The position numbers were made by a program, and so were the translations under genes. From Xylographa opegraphella (Eukaryota), in contig JALDZX010000080.1 of NCBI GenBank assembly GCA_022813865.1, positions 1-64,000 of the forward strand: a stretch of 64,000 nt of DNA. The letters are read 5' to 3'. The notes under the pieces are model-generated. The model ran no database searches. It was not told the DNA's origin and was given only the letters and a program-made list of their open reading frames with translations. The first letter of the stretch is position 1. Every line of letters begins with the position of its first letter. Below, piece by piece: positions 51,422-64,000 of the stretch.

Positions 51422-52889
51422 CTTGATTGGGACTTGGGAATGTCTGTTGTTCAAAGTATGTGGATGATGAAAGTTATGAAATTGTGTCTCACCGTGTGGA
51501 GAAGCAATGCTGATGTTCGAATAATAGAAGGTTTTCTTGTTTGGGAAAGCTGCGGATGAAGAGAGGAGAAACTCATCAGGAAATTGCGAGGCTTATATAA
51601 ATAACCGCAGAATGGCTGGCCACGTTTCACGAATTCTCCTCAGATGTCCGTGAACCACTGATGGAGAGGGTGAAGCCTTTCGATCATATCATGTGGCTTA
51701 CCATCACAATGAATCCGGCATTACCATGTGAGATTTTGTGAGATATCAGTTTCCATAGGCTGCATCTTCGCCTGCCCCGCTGAAATATATATCACGTTTC
51801 ACAGTGATAGCAAAGTCTATTGAAGGGGTCCGCCATCACTTCGTCCCGGTCAATGATCAGATCGGGAAGAAAATATAAACAGATTGGCGGAGCGAGGAAG
51901 TCGGAAAATGTCATTCAACCCACTTGATACACGGTGCCTATACCAAGTCGATGTCCAAACCCGCAAATTTGGGCGAATATCCTCTGCTTGTTGTGTTTTG
52001 CACCTGGCTTAGTGAATAGTATCACTTCAAGAATGCTACACACAAGTTCACTAAAGAGTTAAAAGTGTTTTTATAAACGAGATCTTGACAAACCTTGTGT
52101 TCTACCCAATATACTCAACCTCCCCAAGCTACATAGCAAAGTGATGACCTCCGCGCCCAAACCCTCCTCTCACAGCATTATGGTTTTCTTTCTATGACTT
52201 TCGAACCCGTTCAAGGAAAACTCTTTCTTGCCCGAATGTCTAACCGAGATGTCTGAAATCACACAAGTGTTGGGTCTGTATCCGCGCAGAGGTAGTTAAA
52301 GCCTACCATATGCATGTAACGCCACACCCGACTGTACAGCAGTCAAAGCTTTCGCCACGCCGACTAAACAAAAAACAAAGGGTCAAAGGAGCAGAACGTA
52401 CGGCAGTAAGCTTCAACCCTTAATCGAGAGTGGGAGACTTCCGTGGCATATTCCTTGGACCGACAGTATCCATTCGGTGTGAACCCATACCCACAGCTCT
52501 GCTTCAAGGAGTGGCAAGCTGACAATGGCCTCTCAGTCCCCCATTATAGCAACTACTATTATCCGAGCGGCTTGGAGCCTCGAACGAAGATTCAGCACAA
52601 AAAAATACATTCCCACATCGCCGAAAAATTGAAAGAAAAAGAAAGGGAAACAAGAAAACTCGTCTGCCAGATAGCCCAGCGTCTATCGAATACGTCACAC
52701 TAAGCACGACTCCTCGGCGCAGTCCTCTCCATTCAAGACCGCCAAGCACCACATTATGTACACGTCCCACAACCACAGTCTCCTCAGTCTCTCCCCTTTC
52801 CCGCGATCGGGCATCGCCGTGCAAAACGCAGAGGTATGCCAGACAGTTTACCGATCCCTGATCCGCCTCAATATGCCACTCCAGGCCGG

Positions 52890-53520
52890 CTACCTCGTTG
52901 GTGACGGGTTCGACGGGTCGGGGAGGATGCCTTCGGCTTCCAAGCGCCGGCGCGCTTCCTCGAGAGCCCATGTCTGGATGCTGGAGACGAGGAAATAGAG
53001 TCAGTCAGCGCTGTTCCCAACGCAGGAAATCACGGCGGGAAGCGCAGCGCCGAACGGATAGCCATTTCCATTACACACTGCAACCACCAAGTCTCCTCGG
53101 CTCGCAATATTCCCCCTTCCCCCACCATCCCCGTCCTAAAGTATTATAAAACTAAAAAAAACAAAAGAAGGAAAAAAAACCGCCCACTCACGAACTATCC
53201 GGCTTATACGCATAAGCCACGACCGCGACGCCCAAACTGCCCCAGAAGCCCCACACCCACACCGCCTCCCACCCCTCCTTCTTGTACTTCTCGTCCGGCG
53301 GCACGCCGAACAGCCAGCCGGACGGGGGATCGTAGTGCGACTCGTGCGGCGCGTCGGCGCGGCGCATGCCCGTGCGGGAGAAGGCTCTGGGCGCCGAGCT
53401 GGTGAGGGTGCGGGCGACGCCGGCGGCGGTGGCGGGCGAGGGGTGCGTGCTGAGGGAGAGGATGGTGGGTGAGGGGGAGGGGTGCGGGAGGTGGCGGGCG
53501 AGGGGCCGGAGGGGTGGCAT
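52890..53520 (-). CDS. NADH:ubiquinone oxidoreductase ESSS subunit (NDUFB11-like); 2 exons
   Basis: Arg/Ser-rich presequence, ESHYDPPSGWLFGVPP, YKKEGWE, TM helix, AYKPDSS, intron 52981-53191, then IQTWALEEARRRLEAEGIL. Confidence 0.93.
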
Positions 53521-54111
53521 TGTTGTTTTTTTGAAGAAGGGGGGTGGAGGGTGGAGAGGGGGGCGCTGGTGGGGTTTTTGGGGGGTGAGGTGGATGGCTG
53601 GAGGAGGATTGGGAGAGGGAGGTGAGGTGCGAGAGTGGGAATGGAGTTGAGGTTGCGGTGACGGAGCTTTGGGGCGCTTCGGAAGCGGGCTTGGCGGTTT
53701 GGCGATTAGTCAGCGGCTCTGATGGGGTGTTCCGTAATCTTCCGTTGCGATGCTTCTCGGCGAGATGGTTTCAGACGGAATTGATAGACAACCAGAAACT
53801 TTGGACAGGCCGCTGGTAGTTTGCGGATGATGCGGGCTTTGCATAATTTCAGGGTAGAAGTTTGTGGTAGTTGACTTCAATTCCGTATACAACATCCATT
53901 ATATACAGCGCAAGGTAGAGATGACTGAGTTCTTTTCATCTCCACGACTTCATCCATCGTTTGTACAAATCGCCATCATCACAATCAAGCCGGATTCATG
54001 CTCGACGGCCCAAGTCATGCCAACTATAGCCGCAGGGTTTTCAAAACGCCCATATGCTGCCTTCTCACCCGCTATGCAAATTATCCAAAGATCCTTCCAT
54101 TAAGACCTGCG

Positions 54112-55374
54112 CTATCGTCTGGAACCTCCTCTCCGACTGTCTCCCCTACGGCTGTCCCTTCTGCTTCGGTTAGGTGAGGAGAGGCTGCCTACGAAAAATA
54201 GTTAGCTTTAGTCGTCTACCATTCCCAAAGAACCAGACTTACTCTCACTTGTATCGTAGCTGTATGAGTAGCTGCTCGCAGTATACTCCGTCTTATCGTC
54301 CTTGCGTTCCTTTCTTCTCCTGAAGCCTAGAATAACTGCCAGTGCAGCCAATGCGGCTCCCACTCCAAGCGCACCGCCCCACCCGCTACTCTTTTTGTTT
54401 GTATTCTGGCCGTTGATTCGGGTTCCATACCATGTTCGTCCTCCCCCTTGGACGCGGCCACTGTGTCGCGAGTGATGCTCTTCGATGATCGTCGTGTCGG
54501 TGACTCTTCGCTTGCTTCGCGGGCCTAAACCGAAGCATCCGAGGATGGTATCGATCAAGCCCTTTGCAAGGCAGCAGGCGCAGAGGAGGAACAGAATGAA
54601 GATCAGAACAAGCACCCCAATGACAATACCAGCGATTGCACCGCCACTGAGACCAGCATTCTGTTGGGTAGCTGTAATTCCGGAAAGCGAACTTCCGTCG
54701 GTTCCGATTGGCGTTTGAAAGGGTATGGTGGTAGTTGCAGTGCCGGTAGATGTGACTGTCAGAATGGAATTGCTGGTGGGCCGTATAAATGCCGAAACAG
54801 TCGACTCTACCACTGTACTTGCTAGGTACAATGTGCTGACAACATTATTGGCCGTCGATGCCCCTCCAAGTGCAGAGCATTGGCCAGAGTATGCACAGAA
54901 CTGGTCGGAAGCACAGCAAATGTTACCGCAAGCTTGGTTTGTTGCGCAAGTGAGCACAGTCTGTACTGGCGCTGACGCTTCCACGGTCGTAACAATGACT
55001 TGTGTCTGTACTGGAGCGACGTATGCAGTGGTGGGAGCGACAACGAAAGAGCTAAATGTGGTGACCACTGTCACAAGGTCGGTCTCGACATACGTAGACG
55101 TGAACCATTGCCATTGGCCATTACCACCCCCGGCCTGTGTAGCCACTGTTGTCGCCGCTGCCGCTACACACGAGGCTTCTCCTGCGATTGTTGTACATGC
55201 CTGACCACATCCGCAGGTAACCTGATTATAGTAGCCGCAAAGTATTGCACACTGTCGAAGCTCCAGCGTGCCATTTTGCTGCCTTATTATCAATTCGTCT
55301 TGTGGGAGCGGGCTCGATCGGGCGAGATGTGCTGAGGATAGAATGATGGTAAGGAGAGAGAAGATTGTCGACAT
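54112..55374 (-). CDS. Single-pass membrane protein with Cys-rich and Ser/Thr-rich ectodomain (Mid2/SKG6-like architecture)
   Basis: Signal peptide MSTIFSLLTIILSSAHLA, CGYYNQVTC and CGNICCASDQFC modules, TM GLSGGAIAGIVIGVLVLIFILFLLC, a second hydrophobic stretch, and a short last exon after an intron near 54190-54242. Confidence 0.85.
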
Positions 55375-56629
55375 CTGTAGTCGCATATTGGCCGAGACAC
55401 CAATGTTGTGGAATGCTAACAAGGAGTTGTCGACAATGCCTTTCCCACCAAAAGAAATACCTGGAATGCGCACGATAACAATGCGGTATAAAGTCAGAAC
55501 AACGGCCTTCAACAACGGGCAAGGAGAGTTCGGTGTAGGGGAAGGAGAGGAATGCACGGCCTAGGTTTCTATCGGACAACCCCAACCACCCCCGCCACTT
55601 CAATACCCGTCAGCTTCCCACCACTCACAGCCTAGGTTCGTCGTAATCTTGAAGTTGACGAGCTCTAGGCTATATGACGCAAATAGGAATCTTGGAGTAA
55701 GTTTGTAGCTCGAATCGATCAATGATTGTTGTTTGCAAGGTAAAGTGTTCGGTGTCGCATGGGAGGGAATTTCGGTGATGTTTACTTTTAGCGTCTAATG
55801 ATTTAGCTCGGCCAAGCAGCACTTCTTATTGCACAGACCTTGCATGAAGCTTGCGTTGCCACACAGATACTCTAGAGAATAATCGAAACAGCTTCTTGAT
55901 ATCTTTATCCTTATAGATGAGACAAATACTTTCGCACAACGCTGCAACTTTTTATCTATTAGGAAAGGTACATTGTACATAAATGTTAAATGACTCGTTA
56001 TCGATAAGATTAGGGTATTTCGTGGCCGGGCAACGCTCTTTCAACCTAGTGTGAAAAGCCAATTCAGTTTGCTACCAAATTGAATATTCATAACCTGTTG
56101 AGTAGGATCGGCGTTTTCTTTGTGAGAAGAGGAAATTATCTGGGAAAGGTAGCGGCTTCAACGGCAACTTGAAGCGTTGAAGTAGTCTGAACGACATATC
56201 TTTTATGATCTAGAATACAAGCCTCTCATAACACCACACGCCCTTGATTTGCTAATGTGTAAAAACCAGCAACATGTACAGGCGCATTAGGCTTGTCATA
56301 ATCCCAGAAACCAATTCAGCCATCATTGCTGGATGTGCTGCATACCTAACGCCTAAAGGGTATACCCAAAACCTGAAAAAAATGCATACGTCAATGTAGC
56401 ATAATAGCAAGCTGTGATTTCGCTGCCAAGACTTGCAGAGCTCGTCTCATGCTGGGGACGTATCTATTGTACCAGACATTGCTCTCTCGAAGCACCGGTA
56501 TTCCGACTGGGACGAATTCTTGGACGTTTAGTCCATCCGTCTTTATACGGTGGGATGCGGTCTTCTGGTTTGGATTAGATCCGCGACGCAAATGGGGATG
56601 CCGTGAGGACATAATGCATGAACCCGTGT

Positions 56630-57838
56630 TCATCTCTGATGGCCTCCAAGACCTGACATGACGTGAATCATGCCAGGGCCATAACCGCCGCCTCGCTCGG
56701 GCGCAGCCGAGGCATTGATGGGAGAATATTCCTATGAGTTTCCATCTTAGCACATACACAAGCTTCTCCCAGTAGCAGATGATTCACATACCTTTCTCCG
56801 CTTTTTCTTTGACATGTTACTTTTTTTACTCCCTCCACCTGAGGAGTACCCGCCTGCATCGATCCCGTCCGCATCATCATCCACATATCCTTCGCCATAG
56901 CCCTCGAAGCTGGGTTCGTCGTACCGCCTTTTCCGTCCAGTTCGTTTTGGTCGCTCGATTTCGCCGGCTGGAATTCCCACCGTCATGCCGGCGACGTGCC
57001 CATTCATTTTTTGCACCTTGGAAGTAGCGTGGAGTGCCGCCTTCCCTTTTGTATCGACAATCGGTAAAGGTGCCTTGAGTTTCTCCAGGCCCAGTATGTT
57101 CTCCCATTCGTCGTTCTTTGGCACCATCCCCGGCTCGAACTTCATAGCTTTCTCCAGTTTCGCGAGGGTCGCGGTTGCAAGACCGTTTCCCAGTGCCTTC
57201 CCAGCCACGACTTGATTCTGCCATTCATCTTCCGGCCATGCCATCAGATTGACCAGACTTCCGGCAATATTGGCGTCAGTCTTGACAGCTTTGTTCCTGC
57301 CTGCTAGCCCTAACGTTTTGACTTGTGCCTCATACGACTTCCTCAGCTTATTGATCTTCTCGCCCGTGATCGGGTCAGTTCGTGCGACCGTGGCCGCGAG
57401 TGGTGACAGTCCATAAAGAGATATCAGATCTTGCGATGGATGAGGCTGCTGTTTTGCATGAACTATGCGAATGGAGTTATGTTAACACATTGTCTTGGCC
57501 ATCTTGGGGACGACTCTGGTCAGAGTCTTACCCTTCTGGCTTAGACGCAATGGTACGAAGGCCTGCGCTTCTTCATCCTCCGTCCTGGTGATAAGATCTG
57601 AGCGAGAGGCGAGTTCCGAGCCGCTGCAGTGGATTGACTCGGTAGGTTGGGAGAGCGCATTCGACTCTGGTTGCGTGAAGTCTACTGAGGTTTCCATGAC
57701 GTCGGATTGAGCGGGTTGATCCACGCTGCTCGCTTCTCCACGATCGTTGTCCATATCTCCACGATTTGGTAGAAGGCGCGGCTGCCCATGATGTTGTACG
57801 GATGCGGTGTTGGTAATGGTTGTCGCCAATGTGGTCAT
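56630..57838 (-). CDS. MED19: Mediator complex subunit 19 (Rox3); multi-exon, 5' end uncertain
   Basis: HPSQDLISLYGLSPLAATVARTDPITGEKINKLRKSYEAQVKTLGLAGRNKAV, WPEDEWQNQ, RPKRTGRKRRYDEPSFEGYGEGYVDDD, KKKRRK. Confidence 0.9.
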
Positions 57839-58804
57839 GGATAGCCAGTGAAGCTGAATGGCGTGGAAGCACAAGTCAGGTAGGATGCGATGGAAGGACC
57901 GCCTTACGCCTGTTCCATGCGCCGACTAGAGCTTAGCGTGTCTTGGCGGGGCTTCGTCTAGCGTTCTGGAACAAATTGTGAATTGTTTGAGGATGGGGCA
58001 GATCAGTGCGCCTGACTGAGTTGACAGATTGCAGGATGATCGATCATGAAGCGACCTGACGGCGGAGTGTGTTACAGTACCGTATGTCGCAGGTCCAACG
58101 TGGGGCTACTATAGGGCGAGCTTCACCAGGAACCGGGCTGAGCTCTCGGGCAACGAACAAGAGCATCACTTGTGGATGAGGGCCAATTCACAAAGAATTC
58201 TCTCTGCGCTTGGCCTCAACACAACACAAACTCCAGCATACACAAAGGGGTCCATTGTTCTTCCCTATTCACTGCAGTATATGGAGCACCAGCGTGTGGC
58301 ATCGTACAGAAACTCTCATTCATCAAAGCCGACTGTGCCTGGATGTTGCTCCAACCGTGGAACACGGGCCCGTTGCAGCACGTGATCCTCACATTCGGTG
58401 TCGTCTTCCATTCCGCCAATAAGCGTTGATGTTTCCGCACGTTTCAGGCCTGGAGTCACCGTCCGCACCCTAACCTCTCCCGTGAAGGCAATCTACAGCC
58501 TATCATTCGGCTCGTGTGCTCCAGCGGATATGGGAAGGCAACTGTCACGTTCATCGGCAGGAGAGGGGCTCTCAGTCTCACTCTTCTTCACCTCCACCAC
58601 TTCCTCCGTCGTCGCCATCGCCACCCTGTCTTGGTCAACAGAGAGGCAATTGTCCCTTCACACGTTGCGTGCCCTAGGTAAGAATCCAATTGTCTATCGA
58701 AGCGATCGGTTACACAGGTGGCGCAATCCTTCAAAACCAGTCAGCTGAGCACGCGACCATATACCTCATCTACGCCACAACTTCTGTTCGCGGATATTGC
58801 AGCA

Positions 58805-59980
58805 ATGCCACGTCCAGGACTTCCCCCGACGCCTGCATCGTCGACTGATCTTCAGGCGAAAGAACATGCACGACCATCGCCTTTCGAGATGTCCTTCACG
58901 CTTCCACCACCAGCGATGACCTCCACGGGCAGCGACCGCTCCTCCAATGCCTCCGTTGAGTCCGACGCTTCTTATCATCCAGTCTCACCTACATCGCCCG
59001 TGGTCAAGACGACAAACAACAAGCCACGTCGAGCGCTGAGCACTCAAAAGCAGGAGCCGCAGCAGACGACACATGCAGATTTCTCACTACCTCCTCCTCC
59101 GACCAGGTCGCGCAAGATCATACAGATGAGACCGAGTCACGGCAACACCGCAGTCTCCATCGTACCACCAAGCTCCAAGAGCGCAGACAAGAAAGGCGCA
59201 GCCCACCCCACCAACCCATCAGCCGGCAAGAAACAACCCACCACCACCAGCGTCGCAGGCAAGAAGATCGCGCGCAAGACCGCCCACTCCCTCATCGAAC
59301 GACGGCGGCGCTCGAAAATGAACGAGGAGTTCGGCGTGTTGAAAGACATGATTCCCGCCTGCCACGGCCAGGACATGCACAAGCTAGCCATCCTCCAGGC
59401 CAGCATCGACTACCTCCGCTACCTCGAACAATGCGTCGCAGACCTCAAAGCCGCCAACGGCTCCCTGCCCGCCGTCACGGCGCACCACCAATCCCAACCC
59501 CCCACCCAACGGGCCTTGAGCTCCGCCACGCCGACCGCCCACGACGACTCCGACTCCGACTCCGACTCCGGCAACGACGACCTGGAGATGCAGGACCCCG
59601 CTTCCGCAGACGCGTCTCCGACACTTCCATCCATGCCAGCGCGCTCCTCTCTGCCCGATGGGTACGGGTCATCCAACCCCTCGCCCGCGATGCCGCCGTC
59701 CCGGAGCGGAACCCACACCTCCTCCTACACCTCCATCTCCTCGCTCCCCTCGCCCGCCTTCTCGGCGCAGTCCTACCAGCCGAGCCACCACAGCGCCGCC
59801 TACCGCTCCGCCTACAGCCACTCGACCGAGGCCTCGCCGGCTATCGTGACCAACTCGATGCAGGATGCTGACCACGAGGCCACGGCCGCGCTGCTGATGC
59901 TCAACACGGACCGCCGACACACGGGCGCGGCGAAGACGGGCGGGAGGGGCATGAGCGTGCAGGATCTGCTGAGCGCGTAG
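58805..59980 (+). CDS. bHLH transcription factor
   Basis: GKKIARKTAHSLIERRRRSKMNEEFGVLKDMIPAC...MHKLAILQASIDYLRYLEQCVADLK, conserved-looking LPPPPTRSRKIIQMRP and DHEATAALLMLNTDRR blocks. First ATG at 58805. Confidence 0.95.
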   Translation: MPRPGLPPTPASSTDLQAKEHARPSPFEMSFTLPPPAMTSTGSDRSSNASVESDASYHPVSPTSPVVKTTNNKPRRALSTQKQEPQQTTHADFSLPPPPTRSRKIIQMRPSHGNTAVSIVPPSSKSADKKGAAHPTNPSAGKKQPTTTSVAGKKIARKTAHSLIERRRRSKMNEEFGVLKDMIPACHGQDMHKLAILQASIDYLRYLEQCVADLKAANGSLPAVTAHHQSQPPTQRALSSATPTAHDDSDSDSDSGNDDLEMQDPASADASPTLPSMPARSSLPDGYGSSNPSPAMPPSRSGTHTSSYTSISSLPSPAFSAQSYQPSHHSAAYRSAYSHSTEASPAIVTNSMQDADHEATAALLMLNTDRRHTGAAKTGGRGMSVQDLLSA

Positions 59981-61401
59981 GTCAGTAGAGGAGGGGAGGG
60001 CTTGCGTAGAGACGAGAGCCACGATGCGGGTTGGTGGTGCATTCACGGTCTGCTACTAGGAAATGCCTGCTATGATATATGACGATGGTGTGGAGGCCGG
60101 AGGGCAACCGGTTGGACGGGCCGGGGCATGGCGTTTGACGGTGCTTTTCGTGTGGGATATGGGCGCTTGCGGTAGAGGAAAAGCATGCTTGCTTGCTTGC
60201 TTGGGTCGATGCATTGCTTTACAGATAGAGTCTAGACGTGGCATGTTCAGGGAGCCTGGTTACTGGTCTCAATTCCATATCCATACGCACTTGCTGTGGC
60301 AAATGGCAATCTTGCCTGCTGGCTTGACTTGCTGCTACTCCGATCCCACCCCTGAGACTTCTCAGCATTGAAGCTCGCGTGTTTAGACAGCGATTGCATA
60401 CTTCGCAGACCTCGCTGGAAGAGATTTCCCATGCGTTCGACTCCCATCAGACCCCTTCCAACCCCCTTCGCAACGCACTCTTGAAATGACAAAGCACCCA
60501 CACCGCATTGTTCCGCGGTCAGCGCGTGGATGACAGGTGAGATTGGGAACGATGGATGTATTCACTGCATCACGATTACTGATGGTCACAGAGGATAAGT
60601 GCTACAGCGAAGACCGTTCGAGATTGTGAACATGTGGGAGTCAAGCATTACTGTTCATGAAGGCGATGGAGTACACATAGCAAGGATAGAAGATTGGAGG
60701 TCGGATCAATGAGCGGTCCACGGAATCGGGTCCTACCCACCAGCGGTCGTATGAGTGTAGGGTCTAAAATAGTCGGACCAACCAGGCCGAAGGAGCAAGC
60801 TGAGTAGCCCTCGCGCCCATAGCCAGATGACTGACCTATTGTAATTGTACCTATATTACACAGTTTGAGCGATTAGCAATCGTTGAGGAGTGCAACGGAA
60901 TGCCCGGCTTAATCGACAATGTGGTTGGAATAACCGGCATTTGGCTTGTCGCGGCGGAGGTACATCCGAGAAACACCGAAATTGATCGAGGCGACGTGGG
61001 TTTGATTGCGCAAACACCGCAACTCGTGCCCAACATAATCTGAAGATCAAGATGAGACACAAGCAATTGATGTAATTCAGCTCGACCAAGAATAACAATG
61101 GCAGCACAGAGTCCGTTCGTGCCTTCGATTGATCGATGCTCGCTTAGGTTCCCCAGAATTCGCTAGCGCGTGGGGTAGCGTGACATGAGGGGTTGCGATC
61201 CGATAATGCCTCAGCAGAGGCACGGGACCTGGAGGGCAGGCCGTCAACCCCGCACGAGGCAGCTCTTCATCCCTTTCCAACCAGCTCCTTCCACGGTCAC
61301 ATCTTCTCGTACCTGAGCATCTTCATCCATTATAGACCTCACTTCTGAATCTCAAGACGTGGCCTTCGACTCTTGTCATAACTCTTTCAACATCAATCAT
61401 C

Positions 61402-62175
61402 ATGTCAGCAGATACAGCACCACTCACCAAGGTAGATTCCGCTATCTCGGGTCTGTCATCGTCCCCACCGGAGAGCAAGATCAAACACCGGAGAGCGAGC
61501 TCGAGTGCTGCAGGCGTATATAATATCAACGACCTGGGTAAGACGGTTCCACTGCGATGCAACCACTTTCGAGATCCACTCGACGGTAAGCTGACAGTAG
61601 ATAGAGTCGGAAGGAAAAGAATTATTGATAGCCAAAGAGACTCAGAAGCTCAACTGGTAAGAGTGCTTACCCACCACATCGAATGGAAGACTTGCACGGG
61701 AGCCCCATTGACATCCAGCATAGAATTAATGAACATGGTGTGACACAGAACACGAAGCTGATTTCTTTGTTGTACAGGAAGCTCAACACTTCACCGGCAA
61801 CTCTGGAAGACAAGGAAGTCTTGAAGAAGTTCCTCACCACCCCTCCAGTCAAGAAGATTGACCTCCATTTCCCTCTCGGGCTTGAAGTCACAGCGCGGAA
61901 TTTGAAGGGAGTAACAATCAAAGATGCACTGGATGCTATCCATAAACAATTCAAGAAAAAGGTAAGTCAAAGTCGAGACATAAGAAAAGGCACCATGATG
62001 CTAATGTTTACCTCACCAGGCAGATGACGAGCTGGAACTCCCGGTACTCGCCGGATTCGAGTGGGATAAGGAGGAGTCGTGGACAAGGCTGAAGGTCCAT
62101 CAGAAGAAGGAAGGTGCACCAGCAAGCGGCGGCGGTAAGAAGAAGAAGAACAAGGCCGGCTTGGAGGAGGAGTAG
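61402..62175 (+). CDS. Small conserved-looking fungal protein (4 exons), function unknown
   Basis: Clean GT..AG splicing yields HRRASSSAAGVYNINDL / IAKETQKLNW / KLNTSP...KKIDLHFPLGLEVTARNLKGVTIKDALDAIHKQFKKK / ADDELELPVLAGFEWDKEESWTRL. Confidence 0.85.
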
Positions 62176-62756
62176 TAAAACCAACTCCCCTCGACGGCAG
62201 AATACACTGCGAAGCCCAGTCGAAAGATACGGGGGATATTGCTATGACCCAGGACACTGCATGTACCTTTTCTACTAAAGGAGAGAAAAGCCGGAGTGGG
62301 GGTTCTGGTTCGCATAGCTATTTAGATAGCCAATCGAATAACTCTGCTCAAGCTGCTGCAAGCTGCACTCATATGGCTATATGACGGCGTCTGCCAGATA
62401 TTTCTGATAACCTTGAAAAGCCGAAGCCATGTAACACGCTCAGGCATAATCGCGATAACAGAGATGTGTGGTGTAGTCATAACGAAACAATCGTGCTATG
62501 GTGCCAGAAACGAATAAATATTACAACAAAAACAGAAATTGTGGGAAAGTGGGTGCAGCTCAGATACACTAGGCTCTTATCAGAATGGTCGATTTCCTAC
62601 TTCAGCCCTATATTGTAGCCGTATCACTCCCAGCTTCGACGCTCTCTCTCATTAAGAGCATGTAAGACTTATGTTTGTTCTCCTTTTCGGGAGAAGCTAA
62701 AAAGCTCTCCAACCTAATAAAGGCGGCATATAATATCTTTCCACTGTAAGTGCAGT

Positions 62757-64000
62757 ATGGAGCAGCGTGCAGCAATCTCCCCTGGTTTGCCCAGGTCAAA
62801 CCCGACGGTGTCCTACTGGCAGGATCCTCCATCGTCGCTGGCGTCGCATCGCACCACTGATGCTCTTCCCACATCAGTATCTGTTCTGATCATTGGCTCT
62901 GGCATTACCGGCTCAAGCATAGCTTACAATCTCTTATCGCAGCAACCAGCGCCCTCTGTCCTTCTGATCGAAGCGAGAACTGCTTGCAGTGGCGCAACCG
63001 GGCGCAATGGGGGTCACACCAAGTGTGCATCTTACCGATCGTTCCTGGAAAATGTGAGCTCATTGGGCGAAGCAGAAGCGGTGAAGATCGTGAGATATGA
63101 GTATGCTTGTATGAAAGCCGTGCATGCCTTTGCACGAGAGCATGGCATTGAATGTGACAGCTGGGAAGGCGACACGGTAGATGTTATCTATGATGAGGAT
63201 CAGTGGAAACTGGCGAAGCATGCTGTAAAGGAGATCCGAAAGGTGCTAGGAGAGTCGGATCCAGCTTCTGTGTATCATTTCTGGGATACAAACGAAGCTG
63301 AAACCAAGCTTTTGACGCCGGGTGCTTTTGGCGCAGTATCCTACGAAGCCGGTAGCTTAAGTCCCTACAAGTTCGTCATCGGTGTGCTTCGTTTGGCCCT
63401 TGAAAAAGGACTGAACCTGCAGACAGAGACTCCTGCAATATCGATGAGGGCAACCGAGAAGGGTTGGGTTGTTGAGACGGTAAGAGGGGCCATCAACGCT
63501 GAAAAGGTGATACTTTCTACCAATGGATATACTGCGCACCTACATCCAGCGCTACAAGGAGTGATCGTGCCCTTGCGTGGACATATGACTGCTCAGCGGC
63601 CAGGAACCCGAATGCCTTCTGAAGGACTGGGAACCACATACTCTTTCATATATGACGATGGTTATGAATACATGATTCCGCGTCCACGAGGATCAACATT
63701 CGCTGGAGACATTATGATTGGTGGTGGCTTAACCAAGGCTTCGCAAAAGGGACTGAATGAGTTTGGAACGACGGATGATACGTCACACGATCCTATCATC
63801 TTCAATTACCTACAGAAAAGTACACAGACTTACTTCGGCTGTAACTGGGGCGACGATCATCCAGAAGGCAGAGTTCGGAAAGCATGGACAGGCATAATGG
63901 GATACAGCGCCGATGGATTTCCATTAGTGGGTCCGGTACCTGATGAGGACAATCTTTTTATCGCTGCTTCGTTCCAGGGTCATGGGATGGTGCTCTGTCT
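62757..64000 (+). CDS. FAD-dependent oxidoreductase (DAO/PuuB-like family), truncated by the window end
   Basis: MEQRAAISPGLPRSNPTVSYWQDPP, Rossmann motif VLIIGSGITG, EARTACSGATGRNGGH, STNGYTAHL, AWTGIMGYSADGFPLVG, ASFQGHGM. The frame is open to position 64000. Confidence 0.93.
   Translation, partial: MEQRAAISPGLPRSNPTVSYWQDPPSSLASHRTTDALPTSVSVLIIGSGITGSSIAYNLLSQQPAPSVLLIEARTACSGATGRNGGHTKCASYRSFLENVSSLGEAEAVKIVRYEYACMKAVHAFAREHGIECDSWEGDTVDVIYDEDQWKLAKHAVKEIRKVLGESDPASVYHFWDTNEAETKLLTPGAFGAVSYEAGSLSPYKFVIGVLRLALEKGLNLQTETPAISMRATEKGWVVETVRGAINAEKVILSTNGYTAHLHPALQGVIVPLRGHMTAQRPGTRMPSEGLGTTYSFIYDDGYEYMIPRPRGSTFAGDIMIGGGLTKASQKGLNEFGTTDDTSHDPIIFNYLQKSTQTYFGCNWGDDHPEGRVRKAWTGIMGYSADGFPLVGPVPDEDNLFIAASFQGHGMVLC

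Noticed and set aside
52448..52495. Plus-strand ATATTCCTT...AACCCAT...ACA resembling snR30/U17 m1, m2 and ACA boxes
   Set aside because: Both motifs deviate from the conserved AUAUUCCUA and AAACCAU, spacing to ACA is 4 nt rather than 7, no H box is evident, and wobble pairs favour the opposite strand.

Overview
Intron-containing DNA from a filamentous ascomycete (Pezizomycotina). Positions 1-17.8 kb hold a compact polyketide cluster: MFS monocarboxylate-type exporter (-), Zn2Cys6 regulator (+), alpha/beta-hydrolase-fold polyketide transferase (-), trans-enoyl reductase (-) and a highly reducing PKS (+; KS-AT-DH-cMT-inactive ER-KR-ACP, no release domain). The hydrolase has a Cys rather than Ser nucleophile (WGLCFGG), which points to polyketide chain fusion of the gregatin/fujikurin type. 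A TCGG-N3-TCGG motif recurs in all three cluster promoter regions. About 5.6 kb of decayed sequence follows, including a possible Helitron-like 3' end. The rest is mostly housekeeping genes: hmgA, GH13 alpha-glucosidase, a GPI-type Cys-rich protein, mitochondrial-type ProRS, an F-box-like pseudogene, a bZIP factor in a long gene-poor interval, nucleoside hydrolase, an intronless orphan, complex I ESSS subunit, a Ser/Thr-rich membrane protein, Med19/Rox3, a bHLH factor, a small conserved protein and an FAD oxidoreductase that runs off the window. Non-coding signals include recurrent C/A-left, G/T-right skew islands independent of gene orientation, a long imperfect fold-back near 44.7-45.05 kb and a three-hairpin candidate structured RNA near 52.4 kb. 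All calls come from reading motifs by eye, no database search was run, and exon boundaries are approximate.
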